Assembly: GCA_965243135.1 (NCBI GenBank) | Contig: OZ251539.1 | Coordinates: forward strand, 1,024,001-1,088,000 | Reading direction: 5' to 3' | DNA from: Alphaproteobacteria bacterium | GTDB taxonomy: Bacteria > Pseudomonadota > Alphaproteobacteria > MPNO01 > UBA830 | Length of the DNA stretch: 64,000 nt | Shown here: one piece after another, positions 50,485 through 60,887 of the stretch | Layout of the letters: the number at the start of each line of letters is the position of its first letter | How positions within the stretch are numbered: position 1 is the first letter of the stretch | Position numbers and translations under genes: made by a program | Notes under the pieces: generated by a model | What the model saw: the letters and a program-made list of their open reading frames with translations, nothing else | Told to the model about the DNA's origin: nothing | The model's database searches: none

Positions 50485-52005
50485 TCAGTTCGCGATCGGG
50501 GCGAGCATGGCGTAGAGGCGATCGGCGAACAGGAACAGGACGATGCAACCGATCGCGGTGATCCATAGCGGAACGACGCAGAAGATCGGCGCCTCCCGCA
50601 GCCCCTCCGCGCTTTCCCGCTCGTTCCGCGGTCCGAAGAAGCCGCGCGCGAACACCGGAATCAGGTAGGCCACGTTCAGAAGCGACGAGATCATCAACAC
50701 CGCGACGAACGCCAGTTGGTCCGCTTCCACGGCTCCGAGCGCGATGTACCATTTGCTCCAGGAGCCGCCGAGCGGCGGCAGCCCGATGACGCTGAGAGCG
50801 CCGACGAGGAAGGCGGCGAAGGTGAAAGGCATGCGCCGTCCGAGGCCTCGCATCTGGCTGATCTCGGTCTTGTGCGAAGCGACCATGACCGCGCCGGCGC
50901 AGAAAAACAGCGTGATCTTCCCGAAGGCGTGCATCGCGATGTGCATCGCTCCGCCGACCAGGCTGAAGGAGGTCGCCAGCGCTCCCGCGAGGACGACGTA
51001 GGACAGCTGGCTGACCGTCGAATAGGCCAGCCGCGCCTTGAGGTTGTCCTTGGTCAGGGCCACCAGGGACGCCAGCAGGATGGTGGCTCCCGCGGCGTAC
51101 ATCAGCCAGACGCTGGCGCCGGTCTCGCGCAGGTAGTCCGCGCCGAAGATGTAGACGATGACCTTGAGCACGGTGAAGACGCCCGCCTTCACCACGGCGA
51201 CGGCGTGCAGCAGGGCGCTGACCGGGGTCGGCGCGACCATGGCCGCGGGAAGCCACCGGTGAATGGGCATCAGCGCCGCCTTGCCGATGCCGTACATGTA
51301 AAGAAACAGCAGCAGGACGACGAGGCCGTCGTCGATCTTGCCCCTGAGAATTCCGCCTTCGGCGAACTCCAGCGTGCCGGTCGCCTGCCACGTCCACAGC
51401 AGCGCGATCAGCATCAGGCCGATCGAGGTCGACATCAGAATGCCCAGATAGGTGCGCCCGGCGCGCTTCGCCTCTTCGGACTGGTTGTGGGTGACGAGCG
51501 GATAGGTCGACAGGGTCAAGGCCTCGTACGCGATGAACAGGGTGAGCATGTCGGCGGCGAAGGCGACCGCGAGCGCGCTCGAAATGGCGATCGCGAAGCA
51601 CATGAAGAACCGCGTCAGGTTCGCTTCGCCGTGTCCATGGTGTCCGTTCTCCCGCCCGTCCTCGGTGCCGTCGGACGGCTTCGCGAGCGGATCCCGCATG
51701 TAGCCCATGGAGTAGAACGACGTGACGATCCAGAGGAAGGAGGCGATAAGCCCGAACATCATGCCGAGCGGCTCGACCTTGAAGGCGAGGGGCAGGCCCG
51801 GGACGATTTCGAGGACGGCGAGCGCCGGCCGGCCGCCGTCGAGCACTTCCGGCAATATCTGCAAGACGCAGGCGAAGGTGACGATCGACGCGGCCACGGT
51901 CACGAATTCGCGCTGGTTGGGCCGGGAGCCCGACATCCAGATCAGGACGGTCCCCGCCAGAGGGGTCGCCATCGAAAGCGCGATCCAGCCGGCGGCCGTC
52001 ATCAT
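50485..52005 (-). CDS. Na+/H+ antiporter MrpD-like subunit
   Basis: GIGKAALMPIHRWLP..APTPVSALLH, RLAYSTVSQ, HAFGKITLFF. Confidence 0.9.
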   Translation of the reverse strand: MMTAAGWIALSMATPLAGTVLIWMSGSRPNQREFVTVAASIVTFACVLQILPEVLDGGRPALAVLEIVPGLPLAFKVEPLGMMFGLIASFLWIVTSFYSMGYMRDPLAKPSDGTEDGRENGHHGHGEANLTRFFMCFAIAISSALAVAFAADMLTLFIAYEALTLSTYPLVTHNQSEEAKRAGRTYLGILMSTSIGLMLIALLWTWQATGTLEFAEGGILRGKIDDGLVVLLLFLYMYGIGKAALMPIHRWLPAAMVAPTPVSALLHAVAVVKAGVFTVLKVIVYIFGADYLRETGASVWLMYAAGATILLASLVALTKDNLKARLAYSTVSQLSYVVLAGALATSFSLVGGAMHIAMHAFGKITLFFCAGAVMVASHKTEISQMRGLGRRMPFTFAAFLVGALSVIGLPPLGGSWSKWYIALGAVEADQLAFVAVLMISSLLNVAYLIPVFARGFFGPRNERESAEGLREAPIFCVVPLWITAIGCIVLFLFADRLYAMLAPIAN

Positions 52006-53483
52006 CGCATCCCCATCAGGGTCGCCGCCGCCCGTCCGGCCATCCCGACCGGCAGCGAGGTCTCGATGCCGAACCAGTAATTCGCGGCGACCAGAACCCA
52101 TGCCGGCACGAGCAGGCCGAGCGGCGCCTCGCCCGTCTCCGGAGCGCCGGCCGGCGCCGGCCGGAAATACGCGGCCTCGACGATTCGCCAGACGTATATC
52201 ACGGCGATGAGCGAACTCGCGACGATCAGGGCCGCGACCGGCCACCACCCCTTTTCGACGGCGGCGAGGACGAGATGCCACTTGCTGACGAAGCCGGCCG
52301 TCAACGGCACGCCGATCAGGCTGAGTCCGCCCGCGGCGAGGGCCGCCGCCGTCCACGGCATGCGCGCGCCGAGGCCGGCGATGGAATCGAAGCTGCAGGC
52401 GTCCGTCCGGCGGATCACGGCGCCGAGAACGAGGAACAGGGCGCCCTTCATCAGCGCATGGTTGAAAAGATGCAGAAGGCCGGCCTGCACGCCGAGCGCC
52501 GTTACGAAGCTGACCCCGAGGACGATGTATCCGACCTGGGCGACCGACGAATAGGCCAGCATCCGCTTAACGTCCGTCTGGAAGCAGGCGACGATGGAGG
52601 CGACGAACATGGCCGCGACCGAAAGCGCGGTGAGCGCGAGGGCCGCCGGAACGACCTCGAAGGAGAACTCGACGCCGAAGATCGTGAACAGGAAACGGAC
52701 GAGGACGTAGATCGAAACCTTGGTCGCCGTCGCCGCGAGGAACGCGGAAACGGCGTCCGGCGCGTAGGCGTAGGCGTTGGGCAGCCACTGGTGAAGCGGA
52801 AAGAGGGCGATCTTGAGCGCCGCGCCGACCACGAGAAACCCGAATGCCGCCATGATCGTCCGGTTGTGGCCGGCGCCCGGCAGCCGTTCCGCGATGTCCG
52901 CCATGTTCAGCGATCCCGTGGCCTGGTAGAGAAGCCCGATGGCGATGACGATGAACGTCGCGCCGATGGTTCCCATGATGAGATACTGATAGGAGGCCGT
53001 GAGCGCCCTCCGGTCGGAGCCGAGCGCGATAAGGACGTAGGAGGACAGCGAGGAGATCTCGAGAAACACGAAAAGGTTGAACGCGTCGCCGGTGATCACC
53101 ACCCCCATCAGTCCCGTGAGGCACAGCAGGTAGGTCGTGTAGAACAGGTCTTCGCGGATTTGCCGCGTCGAAATCGAGCGGCGCGCGTACGGCGCGACGA
53201 CGGCGCCGATCCCGGAGACGACGAGCAGCACCAAGGCGTTCAGCGCGTCGACCCGGTACTCGATGCCGATCGGCGGCGGCCAGCCGCCGAGCTCGTAGGA
53301 AATCACCCCCTCCGACATCGCGCGCGAAGCGAGCATGCAGGCGCAGGCGAACGAAAACCAGCTGGCGGCGAGGGCGATCGCGAAGGCGGTCTCCCGGCCG
53401 CGCAGCACCACGCAGAGCGGCGCGCAGATCAAGGGCGCGACGATGACGAGGGCGGGAAGGTGCTCGAAAAGGAAATCCATCAA
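52002..53483 (-). CDS. mrpD: Na+/H+ antiporter subunit D
   Basis: GDAFNLFVFLEI, LKIALFPLHQWLPNAY, KRMLAYSS. Confidence 0.92.
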   Translation of the reverse strand: MMDFLFEHLPALVIVAPLICAPLCVVLRGRETAFAIALAASWFSFACACMLASRAMSEGVISYELGGWPPPIGIEYRVDALNALVLLVVSGIGAVVAPYARRSISTRQIREDLFYTTYLLCLTGLMGVVITGDAFNLFVFLEISSLSSYVLIALGSDRRALTASYQYLIMGTIGATFIVIAIGLLYQATGSLNMADIAERLPGAGHNRTIMAAFGFLVVGAALKIALFPLHQWLPNAYAYAPDAVSAFLAATATKVSIYVLVRFLFTIFGVEFSFEVVPAALALTALSVAAMFVASIVACFQTDVKRMLAYSSVAQVGYIVLGVSFVTALGVQAGLLHLFNHALMKGALFLVLGAVIRRTDACSFDSIAGLGARMPWTAAALAAGGLSLIGVPLTAGFVSKWHLVLAAVEKGWWPVAALIVASSLIAVIYVWRIVEAAYFRPAPAGAPETGEAPLGLLVPAWVLVAANYWFGIETSLPVGMAGRAAATLMGMR

Positions 53484-53836
53484 AGGCTCTCGTCCTGTTG
53501 ATGGATGTCCTCCTCCTCGATCGTGCCGTATTCCTTGCGTATGCGAACGACCAGCGCGAGTCCGAGCGCCGTGGTCGCGACGCCCACGACGATCGCGGTG
53601 AGTATCAGAACGTGGGGAAGGGGGTTGGAGTAGACGGAAAAGCCCTCGTCGAGGATCGGGGCGGTGCCGCCGAAAACCTTTCCGAACGAGATGTACAGCA
53701 CGAACACCGACGCCTGAAAGACGTTCAGCCCGACGAGCTTCTTGATGAGGTTGCCCCGCGCGATGACGATGTACAGGCCCGCCATCGCGAGGAAGATCAC
53801 GATCCAGTAGTTGTAGAGGCCGCCCAGTTCCGTCAT
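53480..53836 (-). CDS. mrpC: Na+/H+ antiporter subunit C
   Basis: NPLPHVLILTAIVVG, YGTIEE. Confidence 0.93.
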   Translation of the reverse strand: MTELGGLYNYWIVIFLAMAGLYIVIARGNLIKKLVGLNVFQASVFVLYISFGKVFGGTAPILDEGFSVYSNPLPHVLILTAIVVGVATTALGLALVVRIRKEYGTIEEEDIHQQDESL

Positions 53837-53837
53837 G

Positions 53838-54257
53838 TCAGTCTTGGCGCCAGCGGGCGAAGGTGAAGAAGACGGTCGTCATCACCGACGCGACCGTGAT
53901 GCCGACGCCGAGTTCGATGAGGAGGATGCCGAGGTGCTGGCCTTCCTTCGCGTCGTCGGCGAGCGGGCTGTAGTCCAGGTAGTTCTCCCCGAGCGCAAGC
54001 CCCGCGACGCCCACGCCCGCGTAGAGAAGGACGCCGCCGGCGATCCCGGCGCGCAGAATGCCGACCGGCAGGATGCGCTCGGCCGCCCTGATTCCGTAAA
54101 CCAGCGCGTAGAGGACGAAGCTCGCGGCGAATATGACGCCCGCCTGGAACCCGCCTCCCGGACCGAAGTCGCCGTGGAACTGCACGTAGAGCGCGAACAG
54201 CAGAATGAACGGGAGCAGCAGCTTGGTGACGACGCGGACAACCAGATATTCTCTCAT
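53838..54257 (-). CDS. mrpB: Na+/H+ antiporter subunit B
   Basis: HGDFGPGGGFQAG. Confidence 0.92.
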   Translation of the reverse strand: MREYLVVRVVTKLLLPFILLFALYVQFHGDFGPGGGFQAGVIFAASFVLYALVYGIRAAERILPVGILRAGIAGGVLLYAGVGVAGLALGENYLDYSPLADDAKEGQHLGILLIELGVGITVASVMTTVFFTFARWRQD

Positions 54258-54811
54258 TCGTCCTTCCTGCGCCGTTGCAGAGGGGCGCGGCGCCAGCTGC
54301 CCAGAAGCAGGATCACGCCGATGCCCGCGGTGAATATGACGGTCACTTCGCCGAGCGTGTCGTAGCCGCGGTAGCTCGCCAGCACGGCGGTCACCACGTT
54401 CGGGACGCCGGTCTCCTTTTCGCCCTTTTCGAGATAGTGCGGCGCCACGTGCACGTGCGCCGGGGCCGAGCCGTCGCCGAATCTCTCCATGTCGAGCGTG
54501 CCGTATATCAGGACGGCGCCGGTCACCACCACGACGAACAGCGGCAGGAACGGCTTGTGCGTCGGCGCCTTCTCGGTGCGGGTCGTGAGGGCGAGCGTGC
54601 CGATGAACAGCACCGTCGAAATCCCGGCGCCCACCGCCGCCTCGGTGAAGGCGACGTCGACCGCGTCCAGAACGACGAACACCGCCGCCGCGAGCAGGCT
54701 GTAGATGCCGCTCAGCATGACCACCGCGAGCAGGTTCCGGAGCGCGACGATCCCGGCGACGGTGGCCGCCATGAACGCCAGGATGATGAAGTCGGCGGCC
54801 TGGTCCGTCAC
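54254..54811 (-). CDS. MrpB N-terminal/DUF4040 subunit
   Basis: AVDVAFTEAAVGAG, NVVTAVLASYRGYDTLGE. Confidence 0.9.
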   Translation of the reverse strand: MTDQAADFIILAFMAATVAGIVALRNLLAVVMLSGIYSLLAAAVFVVLDAVDVAFTEAAVGAGISTVLFIGTLALTTRTEKAPTHKPFLPLFVVVVTGAVLIYGTLDMERFGDGSAPAHVHVAPHYLEKGEKETGVPNVVTAVLASYRGYDTLGEVTVIFTAGIGVILLLGSWRRAPLQRRRKDE

Positions 54812-55155
54812 GACTCGCCTCCGTCGCCTTCCGGCTGTTCGACCGGAGGGTCGCCGTCCAGGAGGGGCTTCAGGCCGCACGCCCAGGCGGTGTGGTTGAG
54901 CGCGTAGGAGGACGTCGGGCTGGTGAAGAGGAGGAACAGCAGGATCAGCAGCAGCTTGACCGATATCAGGTTCGGACCCGCCTGGAACATCAGCCCGACG
55001 AGGATCAGCATGGCGCCGAGCGTGTCCGTGATGCCGGCCGCGTGGCTTCTCGTGTAGACGTCCGGCATGCGGAGAACGCCGATCCCGCCGACCAGGACGA
55101 AGAACGACCCGCCGAGCAGAAAGGCCCAGGAGAGCGCCTCCACGGCGGCGCTCAT
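54808..55155 (-). CDS. mrpG: Na+/H+ antiporter subunit G
   Basis: GVLRMPDVYTRSHAAG..DTLG. Confidence 0.92.
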   Translation of the reverse strand: MSAAVEALSWAFLLGGSFFVLVGGIGVLRMPDVYTRSHAAGITDTLGAMLILVGLMFQAGPNLISVKLLLILLFLLFTSPTSSYALNHTAWACGLKPLLDGDPPVEQPEGDGGES

Positions 55156-55451
55156 CGGTCGCCCGCCTTTTCCGTTTCGCGTTCTTCGCCCGGCCCGATC
55201 GCGAGGTCGCCGTACTTGAAGTACTTGAGCAGCGCGATGACGCCGACGAAGTTGATCAGCGCGTAGACCAGCGCGATGTCCAGGAAATCCGGGCGTCCCA
55301 TCAGAAAGCCCAGAACCGCGATGATCAGCACCGTCTTGGTGCCGAACATGTTGACGGCGAGAATGCGGTCGAAAAGCGTCGGCCCGGCGAAGGCGCGCGC
55401 GAGCGCCATCGCCATGGTGACCATTATGGCGAGAGCCGCGACGGTGAACAT
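55152..55451 (-). CDS. mrpF: Na+/H+ antiporter subunit F
   Basis: GPTLFDRILAVN, DIALVYALINF. Confidence 0.92.
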   Translation of the reverse strand: MFTVAALAIMVTMAMALARAFAGPTLFDRILAVNMFGTKTVLIIAVLGFLMGRPDFLDIALVYALINFVGVIALLKYFKYGDLAIGPGEERETEKAGDR

Positions 55452-55936
55452 CAGCGCTGCGGTCCGCCTTCCATTGCCGATACGCGGCGGTCCATCTCGC
55501 CGTCCTCGAGGCTTGCCGCGCCTTCGCGGGAGATCGAATGCACGAGGATGTGGCCGTCGTCCGCGACGTCCACGGAGATCGTGCCCGGGGTCAGCGTGAT
55601 CGAATTCGCGAATACGACCCGGCCGAGTTCGGACTTCTGGGTGGCCCTGACGCGCGTCATCGTCGGGCTGATGCCCGCCGACGGAAGCAGGACGCGGCGC
55701 GTCACGTCGAGATTGGCCTTGACGATCTCCCACAGCAGCCACGGCCAGTAGAGAAGGATGCCCAGGGTCAGGTGCAGGGGAACCGCTTCGCGATCGACGA
55801 CGTCCATGCGCATGACGATCGCCACGACGAATACGCACGACGCGATCCCGAGGACCAGGACGAGCGGAATCATTATCCCGGACATGAGCAGCCAGGTGAC
55901 GAAGAGGATCAGACCCAGCGATACCGCGTGAACCAC
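55451..55936 (-). CDS. mrpE: Na+/H+ antiporter subunit E
   Basis: EIVKANLDV, ANSITLTPGT. Confidence 0.93.
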   Translation of the reverse strand: MVHAVSLGLILFVTWLLMSGIMIPLVLVLGIASCVFVVAIVMRMDVVDREAVPLHLTLGILLYWPWLLWEIVKANLDVTRRVLLPSAGISPTMTRVRATQKSELGRVVFANSITLTPGTISVDVADDGHILVHSISREGAASLEDGEMDRRVSAMEGGPQR

Positions 55937-56212
55937 GATGCGATCATCCGTTCGTTGAGGGGCGGAAGGTCCGCCCGCGGAAAGAGCGCGCCAAGCCTAT
56001 TCGCCTCCGGCGGTTTTTTCAAACGGCTGCCGCGGGCGTCGAAGCGCGGCGGTTCGCGCCGCTTTCCCGCCGTTCGCGCGGGCGGATCCGGGGCGCATGA
56101 AATTTTTTCCACCGGCCGTCGTTCGTGCTAATATGCATCCGTTGGATAACTGTTGGGTGAGGAAAAGTTGACCGATTCATTTTCGAGGCCCCAGCCGGGC
56201 GGAACGTCGTAC

Positions 56213-56689
56213 ATGCGGGGCACGGTCAAGTGGTTCAACGCCGTTCGCGGTTACGGCTTCGTGGCGCCCGACGACGGTTCCGCCGACGTCTTTCTGCACA
56301 TGACCGTATTGCGGAACGCGGGTTACGAGCAGCTTCCGCCGGGCGCGACGGTCGAGTGCACGATCGCCAGAGGCGACAAGGGCATGCAGTGCATGTCGAT
56401 CGAAAGCGTCGACACGTCGACGGCCACCGAGAGGCAGCCGGGCCCGCCGGCGCCGCGGGCCGGCGATCCGGGCGAATTCGTCAGGGCGACGGTCAAGTGG
56501 TTCAATCCGAACAAGGGTTACGGTTTCGTCTGCCCGGAGCACATGACCGACGACGTGTTCATTCACATGGTCACCTTGCGCCGCGCGGGGCTCAACAGCC
56601 TGGTCGAAGGGCAAGTCGTCGAGGTCGCCCTGGCCGACGGACCGCGGGGATTGCAGGCCGCCGCCGTGAAGGCGACCGAACCGATTTGA
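56213..56689 (+). CDS. Cold-shock protein with two CSD domains
   Basis: VKWFN..GYGFV..DVF.H occurs twice. Confidence 0.93.
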   Translation: MRGTVKWFNAVRGYGFVAPDDGSADVFLHMTVLRNAGYEQLPPGATVECTIARGDKGMQCMSIESVDTSTATERQPGPPAPRAGDPGEFVRATVKWFNPNKGYGFVCPEHMTDDVFIHMVTLRRAGLNSLVEGQVVEVALADGPRGLQAAAVKATEPI

Positions 56690-56719
56690 CCGGGGACGCG
56701 GCCCGTCCGCGGCCCGGGA

Positions 56720-57655
56720 CTACGGGAGTTCGACGGCGTACCGCGCGAGCGGCGGGGGTTCGCCGATCAGCCCCTGCGACTCCAGAAAGCGGCCGAAGGC
56801 GGCGTAGCGGGCCCTGTCGAGAGCGCTTGGACGAAGCGCGAAGCGCGGCAGCGTATCCCGCCAGGCGCGCTTGTTGAGCTCGTCGTCGAGATCGCCGCGG
56901 CCCTTGATGAAGAGCTCCCAACTCTCCCGCGGGCGGTTGACCAGATACTGGACGCCCTTTTCCATCGCCGACACCAGGCCCTTCAGCGCGGGCCGCGAAA
57001 GGTCCTTGCGGTTGGCGACGACGATCAGCTCGTCGTAGGGGGGCACGCCCTCCTCCTCGACGTAGAACGCCCGCCCGGGCCGTCCGAGGATGTCGAGCTG
57101 GTTCAACTCGAAATTGCGGTAGGCGCCGATCACCGCGTCGACCTTCTTCGACACCAGCGCCGGAGAAAGCGAAAAGTTGACGTTCACGAGCCTTATGTCG
57201 GCGAGCGACATGCCGTGCCTTCCGAGCATCGCCCGCAGGAGCGCGTCCTCGAAGCCGCCGACGGAGAAGCCGACGGTCTTGCCCTTGAGGTCCGCGATGG
57301 ACCGGATCGGCCCCTCCGCCAGGACGACGAGGGAATTGAGCGGCGTGGCGACGAGGGTGGCGATCCGCGCGAGGGGGAGGCCGGCGTCCACCTGGATGTG
57401 CAGCTGCGGCTGGTAGGAGATCGCGGCGTCGGCCTTTCCGGCGGCGACGAGTTTCGGCGGGTCGTTCGGGTCGGCGGGCGCCTTGAAATCGACCTCGATC
57501 CCCGCGTCGCGGAAATATCCGCGCTCCAGGGCGACGTAGAGCGGTCCATGATCCGGATTGACGAACCAGTCCAGCAGCACGGTCAGTTTTTCGCCCGAAG
57601 CGGGCGTCGCCAGAGCCAGGAACAGCGGCAGGGCGAGCAAAGCGCGGAATGTCAT
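56720..57655 (-). CDS. thiY: ThiY/NMT1-type substrate-binding protein
   Basis: LLDWFVNPDH, ISYQP, GAYRNFE, VPPYDEL; downstream of a TPP riboswitch. Confidence 0.88.
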   Translation of the reverse strand: MTFRALLALPLFLALATPASGEKLTVLLDWFVNPDHGPLYVALERGYFRDAGIEVDFKAPADPNDPPKLVAAGKADAAISYQPQLHIQVDAGLPLARIATLVATPLNSLVVLAEGPIRSIADLKGKTVGFSVGGFEDALLRAMLGRHGMSLADIRLVNVNFSLSPALVSKKVDAVIGAYRNFELNQLDILGRPGRAFYVEEEGVPPYDELIVVANRKDLSRPALKGLVSAMEKGVQYLVNRPRESWELFIKGRGDLDDELNKRAWRDTLPRFALRPSALDRARYAAFGRFLESQGLIGEPPPLARYAVELP

Positions 57656-58410
57656 TGGATTTCCTCCTCCATGTGGCGCAGCCAGGGCGTCATGCGCCTG
57701 GCGATCGAGTCGACGGCGAAATAAAACGCGCAGGCGATGACGGCGAGAACGAAAAGCGCCGCGAACATGACGTCGACCTGCACGCGCGCGTTCGCGTGCA
57801 GCATCAGGTAGCCGAGCCCCGCGCTCGAGCCGACCCATTCTCCGACCACCGCGCCGATCGGCGCGGCGGCGGCGGCGACCCGCAGCCCGGAAGCCAGCGC
57901 CGGCAAGGCGGCCGGCGCCCGGACGTGACGCAACTCCGCCCAACGCGAGCCGTTCATGACCCGCGCCAGATCGATCCAGCCGGTTTCGACTCGCCGCAGT
58001 CCGTCGTAGAACGCGGCGGTCACCGGGAAGTAGATGATCAGGACCGCCATCGCGACTTTGGATTCGATCCCGTATCCCAGCCAAAGCGTCAATATGGGCG
58101 CGAGCGCGAACACCGGAACCGCCTGGCTGACCACCAGGACCGGCAGCAGCCATCGGCGCGCGGGACGGAAGTAGCTCATCGTCAGCGCGCTGGACGCCCC
58201 GAAGGCGGCGCCTATGGCGAACCCGCAAAGGATTTCCGTAATCGTGGTGACGGCGTTGGCCGCGATCGTCCCGGCTCTGGCGTTCAGCGCCGCCAGGACT
58301 TCCATCGGACCCGGCAAGATATAGGGGGGCGTTTCGCCGATCCAGACGACCGCCTGCCACAACGCCAGCAGGCCGGCGAACACCGCGACCGGGCGCAGGA
58401 CGCGCGTCAC
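57652..58410 (-). CDS. thiX: ABC permease (ThiX-like)
   Basis: SQAVPVFALAP, PAALP..SGLRV, GAVVGEWVG. Confidence 0.85.
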   Translation of the reverse strand: MTRVLRPVAVFAGLLALWQAVVWIGETPPYILPGPMEVLAALNARAGTIAANAVTTITEILCGFAIGAAFGASSALTMSYFRPARRWLLPVLVVSQAVPVFALAPILTLWLGYGIESKVAMAVLIIYFPVTAAFYDGLRRVETGWIDLARVMNGSRWAELRHVRAPAALPALASGLRVAAAAAPIGAVVGEWVGSSAGLGYLMLHANARVQVDVMFAALFVLAVIACAFYFAVDSIARRMTPWLRHMEEEIQ

Positions 58411-59156
58411 GGCGCGCCGGTCCCGGACAGAAGGTTCAGGAGTTCCGCGTGCCGCGCCACGATCTCCGGATCGCCGACCGGTCTCGGGGTGTCGCCCGCC
58501 GGCAGAATGGGCGCTTCGATCCTCGCCGGGCGATCCGTCATCACGTGAATCCGGTGTCCGAGCCGCAGCGCTTCGAGCGGATCGTGGGTGACCAGCAGAA
58601 CGGTGCGCCGTTCCAGCAATTCCGCGGCGATTTCCTGCAGTTCCAGCCGCGTGATGGCGTCGAGCGCGGAAAAGGGCTCGTCCATCAGGACCACGGGCCG
58701 ATCCTCGACGAGAGTGCGCACCACGGCGGCGCGCTGGCGCATGCCGCCCGAGCAGGCGTCCGGACGCCGTTCCGCATAGCTTCCCAGCCCAACGCGTTCG
58801 AGCAGCGACCGCGCGCGGCGGACGTCCTCGTCGGTGCGCCGGCCGCGCAATCGCTTTCCCAGCGTCGCGTTTCCTGTCAGGGAAAGCCAAGGCAGCAGCA
58901 GGTCCTGCTGCGCCATGTAAGCGATGCGGCCGTCGGCGGGCAGTCCGTCGCTGCAGCTGACGGATCCGGAAGCGCCGCTTTCGAGTCCGGCGATCAGGCG
59001 GAGAAGCGTGGTCTTGCCGACGCCGCTCGGTCCGAGGAGGCAGGTCCAGCCTCCCGCCGGCAGATGGAGCGACAGCCCTTCGAACAGCGGCGCGCCGCCG
59101 TAGTCGAGGCGCGCGCCTGAAACGTCTATCGCGGGTGCGAGGGTTGCCGTCATCAC
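58407..59156 (-). CDS. thiZ: ABC ATP-binding protein (ThiZ-like)
   Basis: GPSGVGKTT, SGGMRQR, LMDEPFSALD. Confidence 0.85.
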   Translation of the reverse strand: MMTATLAPAIDVSGARLDYGGAPLFEGLSLHLPAGGWTCLLGPSGVGKTTLLRLIAGLESGASGSVSCSDGLPADGRIAYMAQQDLLLPWLSLTGNATLGKRLRGRRTDEDVRRARSLLERVGLGSYAERRPDACSGGMRQRAAVVRTLVEDRPVVLMDEPFSALDAITRLELQEIAAELLERRTVLLVTHDPLEALRLGHRIHVMTDRPARIEAPILPAGDTPRPVGDPEIVARHAELLNLLSGTGAP

Positions 59157-59244
59157 TGATCCCTTCGCCGGAATTATCCGGATCAGGTTCCAGGGGTCGT
59201 CCTTGCGGAACCTCTCAGCCGAACGAATCGGCTCCCCCCAGTGC
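59155..59244 (-). promoter_or_regulatory. TPP riboswitch
   Basis: Minus strand GGGGAGCC..GGCTGAGAG..ACCCCTGGAACCTGATCCGGATAATTCCGGCGAAGGGA directly upstream of the thiZ start. Confidence 0.95.
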
Positions 59245-60134
59245 TCGATCTAATGATAAGGAAGATTCGAAGACGGCGCAAACGCCGGCCGAGCCGGTGT
59301 CAGCAACGGATGATATGTCCGGTCCATGCACCCTCTTGGAACGCTTCCGAACCGAAGGAGGCGGCGGCGGACGGAACAACGACAAGGACTGAGGAAGGAG
59401 GCGTCGCACCGGGGGTGCTGAGCCAGGGCGAGGCGGCGGAGGGCGTTTCGGAGCGCACCTTCCGGCGCTGGCGCGACGAGGCGAAGGGCGCGGGAGGGTT
59501 GCACGACCGTCGCCTGGGCCGGGTCTCGGCGCGCCGGGCCGGCGCGGACGAGGTGGCGCAGGTTCCAGAGTTGTTCGACACCCGGTACCGGGATTTCAAC
59601 GCCAGGCACTTTCGCGAGAAGCTGGTCGCATGCCATGGCGTCCAGCGCAGCTACGTCCGGCTGACCTTGCAGGCCCATGGCCGCACGCGAGCCGCGCCGC
59701 CCGCGGCGCGCGCTGCACCAGGACGGCTTGCGCCACGAGTGGGCGCCCGGTCGGCAGTGGGCGTCACCATGGACGACGCCACTAGCGAGCCGGCCTTCTT
59801 CGTCGCCGAGGAAGGCACCCTTTCCAGGCGCTTCGCGAGGTGGTCGGCGAACGCGGGCTGTTCCGCTCGCTCTATAGCCACTACTTCCACACGCCCGAGG
59901 CCGGCGGCAAGGTCGACAAGGACAACCTGACCCAGGTCGGGCGCGCCCTTCGCCAGCTCGGCATCGAGCACGTCGCCGCCTACTCGCCCGAGGCCGGGGG
60001 CGCTCGGAGGTTCGGCGCCCTGCAGAAGCGCTTGCTCCAGGAACTCAGGCTCGCCTCCGACATGGCCGAAGCCAACCGCTTCCTCAAGGAGGTCTACGAC
60101 GATTGAGAGCCGACCTGTGCGTGCTTTCGCGCCG

Positions 60135-60350
60135 TCACGCGGCTTCCACCTCCACATGCGCTATGTCGCATTGCGGTGGCGGCACCGGCAATCCTTCTGC
60201 CCGCAGCCCTTCGACGTGAAATACAACCGCTTCCTCCAGCAGGCGCAACGTCTGCTCCCGATCTTCGCCAACCGCGATGCAGCCGGGCAAGTCGGGAACA
60301 AACGCCCCGTAGCTTGACTCGCCCTTTTCCACAATCACCGTATATTTCAT
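60135..60350 (-). CDS. hicB: HicB antitoxin
   Basis: MKYTVIVEKGESSYGAFVPDLPGCIAVG..LEEAV..H..GLPVP. Confidence 0.9.
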   Translation of the reverse strand: MKYTVIVEKGESSYGAFVPDLPGCIAVGEDREQTLRLLEEAVVFHVEGLRAEGLPVPPPQCDIAHVEVEAA

Positions 60351-60539
60351 GGGGTTCTCTCCGGCTGTTTCAGACCCGCCTGCTTGAGCACACTGTTCAA
60401 AGTGCCCAGCGGCACTGCCTGCCTTGCCCGACACTGTGACCGTTCCCGGCTTGACGGGATGCGTGAACTGCCGGTGGCTGCCTCGCGTTCTCACTTGCAT
60501 CCAGCCATCATGTTCGATCATTAACTCGCGAACCTTCAT
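60347..60539 (-). pseudogene. hicA: HicA toxin, frameshifted
   Basis: GW..VRTRGSHRQFTHPVKPGTVTV; the normal end PLGTLNSVLKQAGL lies in another frame and ends at an ATGA overlap with hicB. Confidence 0.8.
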
Positions 60540-60887
60540 CACCCATGCGCACAAACGCCGCCAGCCACCACTACGTCAAGGCCAGGGTCCGGGTCCACGA
60601 GTACCCCGACCACGCCCTTGCTGTCTTCCGCGGCCCCGGACGTCTCGCTCTCTACCGGGCCAACGGGTCTCCGACCGCAACCCGGAAGGCCGCGTGACCC
60701 GCTTCGACGCGCCGGAGGCGTGGACAGCCGCTTCGCGCCTGACCACTTCCCCACAGGCTCAACCACCACAACGGAAGCGGTCAATTAATTTGGTGCGTAC
60801 CAATTCAAAATGTTCTTGACAACGCCGACTGCGCTGGCCGCTCGCCGCGGTTGTTCGCGCCGCCGGGCGCCGGTTATATTCCGGGGC

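Larger units (their letters stand above)
59298..60821 (+). mobile_element. Decayed ISNCY/IS481-like element interrupted by a hicAB cassette
   Basis: Ends TGTCA...TGACA; frameshifted transposase pieces LSQGEAAE..VSERTFRRW, TMDDATSE, SHYFHTPEAGGKVDKDNLTQVGRALRQLGIEH and, after hicAB, HYVKARVRVHEYPD..RKAA*. Confidence 0.8.
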
